In this document: positions 12,486 to 26,106 of the stretch, piece by piece | Layout of the letters: each line of letters begins with the position of its first letter | How positions within the stretch are numbered: the stretch's first letter is position 1 | Assembly: GCA_951406725.2 (NCBI GenBank) | Contig: OX597818.1 | Span: forward strand, 3,596,001 to 3,660,000 | Length of the DNA: 64,000 nucleotides | Direction: 5' to 3' | Origin: Octopus vulgaris | Taxonomy: Eukaryota | Translations under genes and position numbers: made by a program | The notes under the pieces: model-generated | Database searches by the model: none | What the model was told of the DNA's origin: nothing | What the model saw: only the letters and a program-made list of their open reading frames with translations

Positions 12486-12901
12486 ATTTAGGAATGGTCA
12501 TTTTGCCAGTTTAGCCAATAAAAACACATGCACTATATATTTGGTGTTACTTTGCTTCAGCATTATTTATTTTTTACATTAATCTTAATCTTATTTTGGT
12601 CAAAGTTCTTTCATCACACTTCTGTGACCTCATCAGTGGTCCTTTGCTTTCTTCTTACTTATTTGTGTGTCTCTCCTTACTAACGGTCAGCCATTTTGTA
12701 CTTTGTATTCCTATTGTATGTGTCTTCATTTGCGCATGCGTATACCTCTATATGTGTCTATGTTTAGTTAGTGTGTGTGTGGGGGGGGTGCCTGTAATAT
12801 TTGTATCTCCTGTTTATATACGTTCATGTAATTTGTTTTTGTATATTTTTATTTTGTTCATGCTAAACTGGCAAAATGACCATTCCTAAATACAACAACA
12901 T
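12477..12901 (-). mobile_element. Short non-coding element with 40-bp terminal inverted repeat and degenerate hammerhead
   Basis: atgttgttgtatttaggaatggtcattttgccagtttagc is exactly inverted at 12862-12901. Minus strand 12598-12642 reads ggacca CTGATGA g gtcac agaagt gtgat GAAA gaac. Related to 55481-55818. Confidence 0.7.
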
Positions 12902-12968
12902 CTGTTTCAATGCACAATTACACATCAAAAACCTTGCAAAACAAATATATAAATGTAATATATATATA

Positions 12969-13366
12969 GGCGCAGGAGTGGCTGTGTGGTAAGTAGCTTG
13001 TTTACCAACCACATGGTTCCGGGTTCAGTCCCACTGCGTGGCACCTTGGACAAGTGTCTTCTACTATAGCCTCGGGCCGACCAAAGCCTTGTGAGTGAAT
13101 TTGGTAGACGGAAACTGAAAGAAGCCTGTCGTATATATGTATATATATATGCGTGTTTGTGTGTCTGTGTTTGTCCCCCTAGCATTGCTTGACAACCAAT
13201 GCTGGTGTGTTTATGTCCCCGTTACTTAGCGGTTCGGCAAAAGAGACCGATAGGATAAGTACTGGGCTTACAAAAGAATAAGTCCTGGGGTTGAGTTGCT
13301 CGATTAAAGGCGGTGCTCCAGCATGGCCGCAGTCAAATGAATGAAACAAGTAAAAGAGTAAAGAGT
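12969..13366 (+). mobile_element. Octopus-type tRNA-derived SINE, full length
   Basis: ggcgcaggagtggctgtgtggtaag...gggttcagtccc...gaaacaagtaaaagagta, inserted in (TA)n. Confidence 0.9.
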
Positions 13367-14325
13367 ATATATTTATCATAAGGTCATACGAGGCACCTAC
13401 CTGCTAGAAAGTGGAGATAAAACCAATGACACTGAAAAATTCAACAGATAACAACAGTAGTCGGGTGAATGAGTAAAGAATTTAAAAATACCATACCAAC
13501 TTAATGCTATATAGTTTGGCATTTGGATACACTTGTATCATGATTTCAAGTTCTGGCAAAAAGCTTTAACTCTCTTCAAATTTTATTAAGTGAAAAAATT
13601 CAGCTTGTCACGTTGAAGTCTGCCAGTGTGCTGAATTGCTGAATTGTTTTGCACCAAAATCAGAACAGCTTCAATCTAATACTGTCAATTATTTAATCTA
13701 TCTATCTATCTGTATATATTACAGAAATTCCAAATGTTTTTCCAATGAAGTGAAAACAGTCTAAAACTTTTAAATCTTTTTAACAGTAATACATCACAAG
13801 CTAATTAGATATTTAATTAATATAAAGTTCTGTAATTTAAGAAGGCAACCTTTAAAATGTTTTCCTCAAAACACTGTTTTACTTAATAATCACAACTACT
13901 AAATGAAATCTAATTTGTAATCTACTCTTTCTCTATAAACTTTGTTATATTTCAACAATATTGATGTCAAATAAATCTCATATATCTTTGGTGAATCTTC
14001 ACTACATTACTGTTGTTTATTTGGTGGTTTGCAATGTTACCGTCAAACACAAATAGTTTGCTGTATTTAGTGGTGTTTCTCTATGTTCAAAGTTCAAATC
14101 CAACTAGAGTTAACTAGGATTTTCATTAGGTTGGCTGCTTTATAAAATTGTACCATTTATATTATTTGTTTGATCCATTACTCTCTCCTTTACCAAAATT
14201 GTTCTGTTACCCTGTTAAAGAAATTGATACTGTTTACTGTTTAATATTTGCAATGTCAGACTTTAGGTCCCCATTGTCCAAGTTGAAGTGTTTGATTGAT
14301 TCATTCATTGATTCTCCCTTTACAG

Positions 14326-14556
14326 GTTTTGCGTCCCTATTCAAACCTCCAAAATTTGGTGATCTGGAATTATTTCCTAAATGAAGACCTTGCCCATGGC
14401 CCATCTTATGATATTGAAATCATGGGACGAGAAATGCGACCAAATGACAATGAGCAAGATGCAGATTTGATTCCACACCGACGCCGTAAAATTATTAATG
14501 GTTGCTATGACAATATTTTAGTACAGGAGCCTAATTTCTTCTCTTGGGAATTTCAA
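14326..14556 (+). CDS. SBF2: Sbf/MTMR13 coding exon D
   Basis: ttacAG|GTT...CAA|GTaag, 231 nt. VLRPYSNLQNLVIWNYFLNEDLAHGPSYD matches the SBF-family LRPYS...W...GPSYD segment. Confidence 0.94.
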
Positions 14557-14654
14557 GTAAGTTCTTTAGTTTCCAATATAAAATATTTTATTTTGAACAA
14601 CAAAAGTGGCAGAGTTTGCCAGAATATCAGTTTTAATGCATTGAGTTTGGGGAC

Positions 14655-14965
14655 ATCATCATCATCATTTAACATCCACTTTCCATGCTGCCATGAGTTG
14701 GATGGTTTGACTGAAAACTGGTAAGCTGGAGAGCTGCACTGGGTTCCAATCTGATTTGGCATGGTTTCTATGGCTAGATGCTCTTCCTAATGCCAACCAC
14801 TCCAAGAATGTAGTAGATGATTTTTATGTCACCAGCATGGGTGCCATTGATGTGACACCAGTATTGGTCATGCCTATGATCTCACTTGGCTTGACAGATC
14901 TTCTCAAGCATGGTATATCACTGAAGGTCTTGGTCCTTTGTTGCTGCCTCCATGAGGCCCAATGC
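14655..14965 (-). mobile_element. RTE 3'-end fragment
   Basis: (cat)n ttaacatccactttccatgctg... is homologous to 5980-6300, 27620-27810 and, inverted, 29180-29343. Confidence 0.7.
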
Positions 14966-16040
14966 TCGAATCCATCATACTTTATATTCCCAGAGTCAAT
15001 AAAAACTACTAATATATTAGGCTAATTTCATTGACTTCATCTCTCTTTTACACAAATCATATATTCATTCAATGATGTGAGAAGATTTGATGTTGTCACT
15101 GCAAAATACCAAACTAGGCACCAGTCAAAACTGACTGGGTTTTGTTCACCCTACCTCTTCCTCTGTTGTTTTTTATTTACCTGTTCTGTCGTCAGGTGTG
15201 GTGGGAAGGGTGGAGGTAGCAAATGACATTTTGTCGTTTACCAGTGGAAGATAACAGTTTTTGTCATAGGATAAAAATTGAGAAACTTTCACTGAACTAA
15301 TCTAACTCTCAAATGGTGGTGGTGGTGATCACTAAAGGATAGTATTTGCTTTAACCATGTAACTGATAGGTGGACATTAATATATAAGGTTAGATGGACA
15401 TTAATTAGTGAATATAACTAACAGACTAAGTTAGGTGAACTTTAATTAATGAATATGCATGAAATACTGAATAAGCTGATATTAGTTAATATAAGAGGCT
15501 GAAATAGATGAACTGTAATTGAAGGTACTAAGTCATATAAAGGTACTAAGTCAGATGAACCTTAATTAATGAGTATAATGGGTTGAATTTTATGATCTCC
15601 AAATTTCAAATTGTGACAATTTTAGAAAGATGAAAGTGTGACATTCATTTTTAATTTAATTTTTCAAAGCCACTAGTATAATAATAATAATAATAATAAT
15701 AAGATTTAGAAAACAATCTGCTTAATCATGGTTTGATAAATGGTAAACTTAATGTTATTAGAAAAAGATTGACTATCATAACCTCTTCTCACCTATAAGC
15801 CTAAACTTTTGTAGGTACCCAAAGATGATTACAGTATTATTGTGAATTCAGATCTCACCAGGAGCATTTTCCCTTCCCATCCTTCTGAGGTTGACAAAAC
15901 TGGTATATTCTACTAAGTTCCAGTTTTCTCCCATCAACTTTGTCAAGTAATACCCTGCCCCTCCCTCCAGAGCTTATAGTTATGGACTAATGTTAGATAC
16001 AATTAAGTTTTAATAATTGTTTTGTTTTTGGTTTGTGTAG

Positions 16041-16347
16041 GAAATCCACCGACTAGAAACGGAACTTGGCCATCTTCCACAGAAATGGAAAGTTCTCTGG
16101 GATAAATTGGAACAACCAACCCGAGAATCTTTACACAGGCAGACATCTTTTAACACACAATTGGTACGGTTGCATGGAAGGTCAATACACAAACGCTCAA
16201 CACTTGAAATACTGTTGAAGGGTAAACTGCTGGGAGAAACTGCCAAAATGTTTAGTCAACAGCATCGCTTTGAGAAGCAGTCCTACACAACACCAGCATA
16301 TTGTGATTACTGTTCTCATGTTCTCTGGGGACTTGTAAAAACAGGGG
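16041..16347 (+). CDS. SBF2: Sbf/MTMR13 coding exon E (coiled-coil region and first half of C1 domain)
   Basis: gtgtAG|GAA...ACAGGGG|GTaagt, 307 nt, ends in phase 1. EIHRLETELGHLPQKWKVLW...HRFEKQSYTTPAYCDYCSHVLWGLVKTG. Confidence 0.93.
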
Positions 16348-17519
16348 GTAAGTCATTTTGATACTTCATTCATTTTCTTTCATTTAAAGATGTTTTGAAA
16401 GACATTTTTTCTTGAATGCTTTCACATATTTTCACTTCAAATTCTACTATTGAAATATTGGTAGATTCATATTGTTATTGATTCAGGGTTAGGGCATCAG
16501 AGCTGGCTCTGTGTCTTTAAAAAAACATGGCTAGCTCTATATCTTTAAGAGAATCAATGCTGGTTCCATGTCTTTAAGGGAATCATAGCCAGTTTTGTCT
16601 CTTTACTGGGGATAGCTAAATGTTTTAGTTTGTGTCTTGATATCCTTTTCAATGGAGAAAAGTCCATGAAAATGTTTGTTTCTTTAGCCCCAGATCAAAA
16701 AGTGTTCAGCTGTGATCATTCAGTCATAATATTTTTAGAACTGCAATAGCTAAAAGTGTCCTTATGTTTTTACTTTTTAAAGATGATAAAAAAATTTGGT
16801 TGTTATTTCTAGCAAGTTGAGTAACCACATGAAGGTTCCATTGCTGGCTTATGTAGCACACACATACATTGGGACTTGCACTGACACACATACTCACACA
16901 TGTGTATGCACAAACACACACACTCACAGACAATCCGTTTAAAAGGCAGGGTTTGTTTTAATATGAAATAAAACCTCCAATTAAATTATCATATAAAACT
17001 ATTTAAATGTGATAATTCTTTAATGACAGTATACTTCTTAAAGACACTATTCCTTGAAATTTCTTTGTAATCTTCAATGGATAGATTGAAGATAGACTGA
17101 TTCCTGGCACTTGTCCCAACTACACATAACTGGCATTGATGAACCTGAGTTGGGACAGGAATAGCTAATTTATTAAAAGATTAGTCTAGTCATTAGTTTA
17201 TTGCTGTTATAGCAAATCAGGGATTACAAGAAATTGTCTGCTTTTCAAAAAAAATGGTAATGATTTTTATCATGTGAGTAGATCTATGATCAAGGGCATT
17301 CCAGCTATGAGCATCCTACCTTTGACACATTATATTTAGAAATGTATTATCCAGTTTGGCCATCATTTTAGATGCCAGTGTAATGTGATTCATAGAATAT
17401 TTGGCTGTTATTTGAGTGGAGATGGAGTGGTATAACTAGGGTTCTTCATGGCTCACCTAACTGTCAACAGATACAATAAGTACTCCTATATAATTACTGG
17501 TATAACTGCAAAAAGGTTG

Positions 17520-18435
17520 GTGACATAGGTCTCCTTTAGTACGCCACATGATCGCATCCTAACATAATAATAAGAAAAGCCATAATACATGGATATATTA
17601 TACAGTGCCAAATTGAAATGAATGAAGGACAAGCCGTTCTACTGCTTGAGAGAGAAGATAGACTTTATTTACAGTGTACAAAGTGAGTTGGGATTACTAG
17701 CGTAGTGTTGTGGTATGAATGCATGCGTATAGTATTTGTGTCTGTGTGTTCGTGTGCACGACAGAAGGTACAGAAGGTGCATGCGAATACAACAGAAATA
17801 CAGAGCATAAGAGAAGTCTCAGCATATTGAGTTAAGATAGAGTTAGTTACCAGTTCATGTGGTACACGATAATAAGTTCTATAACAAGATTTGGGTCTCA
17901 AAGCAGAGACTAGTTGAGTCACTTGTTGTGCAGGTTTCTCTTGATATAGATTGTTCTTTCAGATATATATACTGCAACTGTTTTTCCGTGGTGATAGTTT
18001 CACACAAACAGCGTGTGTGGAATCTGTGTATTTGTGTTGTTGTGTACAAGTTGAAATCTTTGGAGATGTAGACGACGTTGGTAATGACATTCTGTCTGTC
18101 GCTGGTATACAATAGCATCTTCATAGTATGGTTGCCTGGCTGTCGTCTGTCGTTCGAACTGGAACATGGCTGAGTAGCTCTGTGGTCTCCGACTAGACCT
18201 TAGAAGGTCTAAAGCTGAAAGACGATGAATAGTGGAAATACTAGCTTATTTAAGGAGTGAAAATGGCTCAATTGAAAGATCCTATCCGAAGGCCGTGATT
18301 GGTCAGTTTACTCATTGGTGCGAAATAAGTAGAGAGACAGACCGCGCTAGATGCTAACCAATCAGATCAGTGGACACAATGGGGTTAAACTAACCAAAGA
18401 TGGTTGTAATCTCAAACGAGATCATTCCTAATGTT
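17520..18435 (-). mobile_element. Possible solo LTR or LTR-like insertion
   Basis: CpG-richer block. On the minus strand, CCAAT boxes (~18300-18320), TATA-like TTAAATAAG (~18245) and AATAAA (~17665) occur in LTR order. Termini are not clear. Confidence 0.3.
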
Positions 18436-18999
18436 TTTCTCAAACAGTGAGGATATCAATATTGCTACAATGGTAAAAGGTGTAAAAACACCATATCTAC
18501 CCCATGCTTCCTTTCACTATATGCCTGGGTGTTGTAGAAGTAAGACCAGTAAATGTATGTGTTTGTGTGTGTGTGTGTGTGCGCACACACATTATATACA
18601 AAATGTATGAATATGTTTAGTGGATGTGTTGTTGGTTGTATGGGTGTGCATATGTGAGTAAGTGTAGATGTATGTATGTAAGCATGTACATTCTTGCATT
18701 TGTGCATGAACATATGTCTGAATGTGCATGTGTGCATGTCTGAAAGAGTGTATATGGGCATGTGTGTGTTAATGTATATGTGCATATATATGCATTTGTT
18801 GTGCGCAAGTGTTCTAGTGTGTAAGATATATTTATGTGTGTGGGTGTGATGTATGTTAGTGTAGTTGTGTGTAAATATGCATGTATGTGTGCATGCCTTT
18901 GTGGGAGTAACAGATGCATGCTGCTGTGGCTGATGTATTTATGTATGGATTTCTCTCAACTACTTTCCACTTAGTCACATGGTGTTTCATTATCTTTCA

Positions 19000-19470
19000 A
19001 ACTCCATACGTTACAACTGGATTTAGGCTCTTGGTATTGACTGCGTGTAATGATACTCATCATATTGGGGCAGCAGCTATATGATAATTTCACAGAATGC
19101 CTATTAAATATTTTCCTGTATCTATAAGTTGCTGGAAAGTGTTTGTCTAGGAGAGACAGGTATCTTTTACCTATGTTAGTTTTGATACTAAGGGAAAAGG
19201 GAGGAGCAAACCAAATAATTTTTAGGTCCCTTGTTATTATTATTCTGATTAATATTAGAGGGGTTATATATTAATTTATCTTTGAAGCCACTATTAGCTA
19301 GGGCAATCGTTATAGTAGGGGACTGCTTTTGCAAACATTTCTTTAGAAGTAGTGAGGTTAAACATTTTGTTACTGATATTTCTATCAGTAACAGATTTTT
19401 AAATATTACAGGAGGGTGACAAGACTTTATGTATATATGCAAGTTTCTCATTAGGCTTATGGAAAGGCTT
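19000..19470 (-). mobile_element. Decayed Penelope/Poseidon-type fragment
   Basis: The minus frame reads KIIWFAPPFSLSIKTNIGKRYLSLLDKHFP...IFNRHSVKLSYSC, a typical PLE RT-to-endonuclease linker. Confidence 0.75.
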
Positions 19471-19863
19471 ATACCACGAGGAGTTCAGATCTAGGGAAAC
19501 ATCTAAATAATCAACACAAATTAGTAGCTACTGTAATTTTAAGGCCTGTGTGTATGTGTGTGTGTGCATATATCTTGATTGGTTAATATTTTCAGTACAT
19601 TCACATGCATAGAATATGATGGAAAAAGCAGGTAGGGTTGCCTACTTATTAAATACTTATTTCTAGTTTTATGTTGGTGGTTGAGCATTATTTTTATAAT
19701 TCACTTATTTCTATGTTTTTTTCTTAAATATGTATATACATCCACCCAACTTCATACACACATATTTACACATACACATTGACATACCTGGTAGCAGGCA
19801 GTAGTATCTCATTGTTACTTTTTTGTATTAATGATGTATTAGATGGGAAATCTCTCTTTCCAG

Positions 19864-20019
19864 GCATGCATTGTGTCAACTGTGGTTACAACTGCCATGA
19901 GAAATGTATGCCTCACGTACCAAAGAACTGTAAACGGTTAAAAGCTGTCCCTGATACTAGTGCTAGTAGCTCAAGTATTTCAAAGACTGGAGGATCAGAA
20001 GCTAGTTCCGTATCTGGAG
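19864..20019 (+). CDS. SBF2: Sbf/MTMR13 coding exon F (second half of C1 domain, Ser-rich linker)
   Basis: ttccAG|GC ATG...GGAG|GTaagt, phase 1-1. MHCVNCGYNCHEKCMPHVPKNC completes the C1 zinc-finger pattern. Confidence 0.93.
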
Positions 20020-20305
20020 GTAAGTATCACTGTTTGGTTTACAATTCTGTGTGAAACTAGGGCAGTTTATAAAATTACAGGCATTATTGTCTCTTCTTCA
20101 CATTTTACATTTTTAAACTGGAAGTGGATTCTGATAATTATTTCCAAATAAATCCCATATTTGACTACTTCCCACTTTTGGCACATATAAACACATGCAT
20201 GTCAGTAGTGAGATGTTGTGCCTCTTAGTACTTTCCATATTTCTCTTTTTTCATTATTTCTGCCCTTAATGACATTTCATTAATGTTATTGAATTCTTTT
20301 GGTAG

Positions 20306-20439
20306 GCACTGGAAGCTGCCAGATGTATGACCATTTCTCAGGAGAACATCGTACCCATGAAGGATACCTCTACAAGAGAGGCGCTCTCCTCAAAGGCTGG
20401 AAGCAGCGCTGGTTTGTACTTGACTCCATGAAACATCAG
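20306..20439 (+). CDS. SBF2: Sbf/MTMR13 coding exon G (start of PH domain)
   Basis: ggtAG|GC ACT...CAG|GTcagc. [28 protein letters not shown] is the SBF PH domain N-terminus. Confidence 0.94.
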
Positions 20440-21195
20440 GTCAGCTCATTTTCCTTTATTTTTACACAAGTTATTTTTGATTTTAAAAACCATTAAAATT
20501 AATAATATATTTCTACGTTCACCTCCCTAACTAAATCAAACTTCATGTGGTAAATTACTAATTAAGGTTGGTTATGTTACAATGAAACATTTAAAAAAAT
20601 TTACTGCACTGAAGATGTAACAGCACCAAAATATAACTTGGTACTGGTTGCAAACTCACAATATTGTGTTCTTGCCTGTGCCCAAACCCAGCCCACCACC
20701 ATCCTCTCCTTTTACTTCTCAAACTTCCCATATTCTTGACATGGCTTCAGTACCATCATAAAGTTAGATTTATTGAGCAGCTCTAAACTGTCATTCCAGT
20801 TTATGAAACAAAACTACTCCAGCACTAAAATACTGTTCATATGATAGGATCCTATTCTCGACATCTGTGTTAGAGGAGGGCCTTCACTCATGAATATTCT
20901 TCAAACTCAGCTCTACCATTTTGCTCTAATCTTTTCCTGCCTCATCTGCAACTCCTACTGCTCCACTGAATATTCTAACAATGTACTCCACTTCAACTGC
21001 ATCCCATCACTCCTCAATCTCTCTTTCCAAATATTTTGCCTCATCCTCTTCAAGATATCTATTCCTCTGAAAATCCAATCTTGTTATATTTACTAAACTT
21101 TACATTCAACACAAATTCAAATAGAACGATGCATATACCTTCTTCATCTACTACCTTCTGCTTTTGAATTAAAAGATCCTTGAGCCCTTTACTTA

Positions 21196-21270
21196 TTGCC
21201 TATAACAAGGCATATGGATGTTGCTTATAACAAGTCTTATGGATATTTCCTATAACAAGCCTATGGATAT
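21196..21270 (+). repeat. Three copies of a ~25-bp tandem unit
   Basis: ttgcctataacaaggcatatggat / ttgcttataacaagtcttatggat / ttcctataacaagcctatggat. Confidence 0.75.
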
Positions 21271-21388
21271 GGTTTTGGTGTGCATAAAGCATATGGAGTT
21301 TGTTTATTATATCAGTGATGTTGTTAATGTAAAAAATTAACCATATTTGAAGTATTCACCTTATATTTTTCTGCTTTTTCTCAACCAG

Positions 21389-21520
21389 TTGCGTTACTAT
21401 GATGCTATGGAAGATTCCAGTTGTAAGGGCTATATAGACCTGGGTGAAGTGGTCTCTGTTCAGCCTATCAAAAATGTCCAAGGTGCACCAAAGAAATCTG
21501 ATGAAAATGGCTGCTTTGAG
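21389..21520 (+). CDS. SBF2: Sbf/MTMR13 coding exon H (PH domain)
   Basis: aaccAG|TTG...GAG|GTaagg, 132 nt. LRYYDAMEDSSCKGYIDLGEVVSVQPIKNVQGAPKKSDENGCFE. Confidence 0.94.
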
Positions 21521-21564
21521 GTAAGGCTACATTTAACATTGTCTTTTATCACTTATTTGTAATT

Positions 21565-21770
21565 AAGGTGGCAAGCTGGTAGAATCATTAGTGAATTGGA
21601 CAAAATGCTTAGCAGCATTTCTTTTAACTCTTTATGTTTTGGGTTCAGATTCTGCTAAGGTCAGTTTTGTCTGTCATCCTTTCAGGATCGATAAAATAAG
21701 TACCAGTTAATCACTAAAGTTGTAATTGACTTACCCCACTCTCTTTAGATTGCCGAAATTTGAAACCATT
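21565..21770 (+). mobile_element. CORE-type tRNA SINE
   Basis: aaggtggcaagctggtagaatcatt...gggttcagattc...catcctttcaggatcgataaaataagtacc. Confidence 0.7.
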
Positions 21771-21790
21771 ATTTGTTAGCAATCATCATC

Positions 21791-24700
21791 TGTTATATAG
21801 TGAAACTGTATATCCCTCCCAGTAAAAAGTGGTAGGAGTAGCTGGTCATCAAAAGAGGCTTAAGAGTTGAGAGTTGACAGTTCTAGTCGGTGTCTTGTGG
21901 AGCTATCAGCGATAGTAAGACAAAAGTAGTTAGTGTCCTACTATTCCGGTATGAAAAGATACAATGGTATCCAATGACTAGTAACTATTGTGGCTACTAG
22001 CATAAACAGCAACTGCAGTACAACAGCAGTCACACATCACACTAGTGGGAGGAACTCACTTTACAACAGTGGCGATGAGGAAAAACAAATTTATGTAAAC
22101 TGAAAAAAAAAATTCACATGGAGAGTTTTAACTAATTCACGTGGAAAATTAAGTAACTTGACAAAAAAGAAACAAAAATCTTGTGTAAACTTACGAAAAC
22201 CATAAAATAAGGAAGACTTGTTAGCTAGGGTAGTTGAGTTGCAAAAACAGTAACAACAATTCAAGGAATAAGAACAGCAACAAGGATTGCAGCAGTAAAT
22301 GTTACAAATAATGAAACTGATAACCAAACTGGAGAATACATTTTCACCTGGTCATGTAGCAAATTCCATAAACAAATTCAAATATGACCCCAAAGAAGGA
22401 GTAATTTTCAAGTCTTACTTTCGAAGACTTGAACAAACTTTTGAAAAAGATTGGAAGGGTGAAATGAAAATGAGTCTAGTTTTAAGAAAACAAGCAACAG
22501 CAGAACACGGAAAGTGTAGTAACTTCATATTGCCAGAAAAAGTATCCAACATAAACTTCACCGACAGTTAACATTATGTGTAAAATGTTTAGTGAAAAGA
22601 GCTCACTGTTTAATACTAAATGGAAATGTTTAAACATAAAAAAGGACAAAGATGAAGACTTCACTACTTACACAGGTAGAGTAAACAAAGAATGTGAGAC
22701 ATTTAGGCTGGACTTGCTTACTTCCAGATTCTTTCAAGTGTTTGATTTTTGCACAAGGATTGACATATAAAAGGGATGCAGAAATCCAAATGAAGATTCT
22801 AGCAAAACTGGAACCAGGATTTGACATTGCAGAAACTGTTGGAAGAGTGTGACATGATATTAAAATTAAGGCATGACACAAAAGAAATTCAACGGAAAGA
22901 GTGTTTTCATATAAGATTAGTGCAAAACAGTTGGAAGACTAAGTGTTGCAGGAAAAACAGAAAAATATCAGGATGTAGACCCATGTATGGTATGTGGTGG
23001 GATGCACCTGAAAAAAGATTGTCCTTATAAAAAAGTAAGGTGTTTTCACTGCAGGTTTACAGGACATATAAAATCACACTGCAAAACTAGAATGATAGGC
23101 AGATAAAACAAACAAACAAACACGCAAAAATAAATAGTTTTTTCAGCAGGAAAAGTTGTAACTACAACAAACAGAAAATTGATGAATTTGAGAATTGAAA
23201 CCTCTAGCGTCAGAATGCAATTAGACATGGGAAGTAACATCACAATCATAAGTGAGAAAACATGAGAGCAAATGGGTAAACTAAAATTATGTAGTCCAAA
23301 CAAAATAGCGTATATATTTCATGGGTGAACATGTTTGTAATATAATGTTCAAAGGTCAAACCAAAAAAGTGAATGCTTATGTGTTGAAAAAGTCCATGAA
23401 TTTATTTTGTACTGAATATATGGAGAAATTTAATTTATGGGATACACCCATAAGTGTTTTGTGCAATAACATAAATGGAGCAGACAAACTATCAAACGAG
23501 GTCAATGAACTGAGACAAAAAAAATGAAAGAAACTTTCCCCAAAGTTTTTCAGAAGGTTTAGACTATTGCACAAAAACAAAAGCAAGGATTGCTATCAAA
23601 GAAAATTCAACACCTATTTTCAGGCCCAAACAGAATGTGCCATTTGCAGCAGTAGACCAGGTCAATAAAGAACTAGAAAGGTTGGAATCCTGAATATAAT
23701 TAAAAAGATTGACCATGCAGACTGGGCTGCACCAGCAGTCTATGTAAAATAAAAAAATATTAAGCTAAGAGTGTGCGCAGACTTCTCAACCAGATTAAAC
23801 AACTGTTTACTCATGCACAATTACCCACTACCAAGTCCAGAAGAAGTATTTGCTGAACTAAACAGAGGGAAAATTTTCTTGAAGTTAGACCTCTCAGAGG
23901 CATACCTTCAAATTCAGTTAGAGGAAGATTGCACGCATCTACTAACAATCAACATGCATTGTGGATTGTACTAGTTCAAATGGCTGCTGTTTGGAGTAAA
24001 AGTGGCACCCTTTGCCATTGCATACCTCGATGACATTTTGATAAAGTGCGAGTCTCGAGTGCAACACGTCGAACACATAAAGAAAGTATTCGAGAGAATA
24101 AGTGAATATGGGCTAAAACTGACAAGAAAAATGTGAATTTTTGATAGAGAAAATAAAATACTCAGGTCAAGTAATTGATGAAAGTGGATGCAGACCGAAC
24201 TCATTAAGGGCATTAACAATATGAAATATGCCACCCCTGACAAATGTGACAATGCTACAAGCATTCCTAGGCTCGGTAAATTATTACCAAGTGTATATCC
24301 CAAATATACATAGGGTAAAGGCATCACTTAATGAATTACTGGAAAATAATGCCAAATGGGTTTGGACAGAGAAATGCCAGAAAGCATGTAATGAGTTAAA
24401 AGATGTGTTAACCTCAGACTTGTATCAGGTATTTTGACCCAAAGTTAGAAATAATACTAGCTACAGATGCTAGTGAGTATGGGACAGGAGCCATGCTCCT
24501 ACACAAGGATAATGATAGCCCACACATCAAGGACATTATTGCCAGTGGAAAAACAGCTATAGCCAGACCTCTAATGATATATGGATTCAAGAAAGGAATC
24601 CCGACACATATGGCAAACAGACTGCAGTGGTGGGGTGCCATTCTGTTAAACTACAATGAGAGAATGAAATATCTGCCTTCAAAAAAGTTGGGACATGCTG

Positions 24701-26106
24701 ATGGTCTGTCTAGGTTAATTCTGAGAAATAATGAGCTGCTGGAGGACACCATAATAGCAGCACTAAGAACAGAAGCAGAAACAAAAAAAGTGATGTGGTA
24801 CTTCGTATGTGAACTACCAGTAACTTAGGAAGAAATAAAAAGAAATGCGAGAAATGACAAATTTGTTAATGAGACAAAACGAAAACTGTGGTCGACAAAA
24901 GGAAATAAAGAAAGGTCTGATACAAAGAACTACCGAGATGTGAGCATGTACTATATATGTTATGGTGTACTAATGTATGCTCAAAGGGTGGTCATACCAC
25001 AAACATTACAGAAGAGAATGCTAAAAGAGTTTCATGTGGGACACCTGGGCATCTCTAGAATGAAAGCACTGATGTGAAATTTTATATACTGGCCAAGCAT
25101 GGACAGGGAAGTTGAAAACCTGGTAAAAGGCTGCAGAGGATGTGCACTAGTAGTGAAACTACCTACTACAAAAGTGGCCAGAAGTGAAAATACCACGGTC
25201 CTGATTGCAGATCGATTTTGCAGGCCAAATAAGTGAATATCATTACTTAATAGTAGTGGACAGTTACACAAAATGGCCTGTTCACAAGATTTAGTGTACC
25301 GGATATAATTGTCTCTGATAACGGAACACAGTTTGTATTCTATGATTCTGAAAGATGTTCATATTAGAACATAAAACTATTGCACCATATCACCCTAGAT
25401 CGAATGAAAGAGCCAAATGGTTCATGGGCACTTTTAAGAGAGCTTTAAAAGAAGCCACAAACAAGGTCATGATCCAATAATTCTTAAGGGTATACAGGGT
25501 AACTCTGAACCCAAATGCACCAGAAAGAAGTTCACAAGTAGAATTAATGTTTACCAGAAAGATGAAGTCAGTATTTGATAAACTGTTAACAGTGAAGAAA
25601 AAACTACATGCTAGTAAAGACATGTCAAAACTCTTTAGAATTAGTGATAAGGTATATGTAAGAATGTACAAAAATGGCAAGCAATACTGGGAAGAAGGAG
25701 AAATTGTAACATACATAGGAAGAATGATACATGGTGTAAGAAGCAGAAATGGAATGGAAAGGAGACATAGAAATCAGCTTAAGGAAAGAGTTATTGAAAA
25801 GGAACTTACAAGAGTTAATTTTCTGGTTCGAACACCATTACAAGAAGTAGAAACCACATGTACAAGGAAAAAGAACACCGAATTCCTAAAAGTAGACTCT
25901 AAACAGAAAAGATATTGAGTATATACAAAAAGGGAAGAGGTGGGGTGAATAAAAGAAATTGTTTGTTAAATAAAATAATTAAAAGGGGAGATGTTGTATA
26001 GTGAAACTGTATACCCCTCCTGGTAAAAAGTGGTAGGAGAAGCCATTATAAATAGACCAGTAGCTGGTCATCAAAAGAGGCTTAAGAGTTGAGAGTTGAC
26101 AGTTCT
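21791..26106 (+). mobile_element. Decayed Gypsy LTR retrotransposon in the last Sbf intron
   Basis: 5' LTR TG...CA at 21791-22068 and PBS tggcga(t)gagg. Remnants of gag, protease, RT (CADFS...LDLSEAYLQ, AYLDDIL), RNase H and integrase. PPT aaaaggggaga at 25981-25991, then a truncated 3' LTR at 25992-26106 matching the 5' LTR. Confidence 0.93.

Noticed and set aside
12969-13040. tRNA-like A and B boxes as a tRNA gene (also 9870-9944, 63574-63645)
   Set aside because: These are SINE heads that continue into SINE bodies, with no complete cloverleaf.
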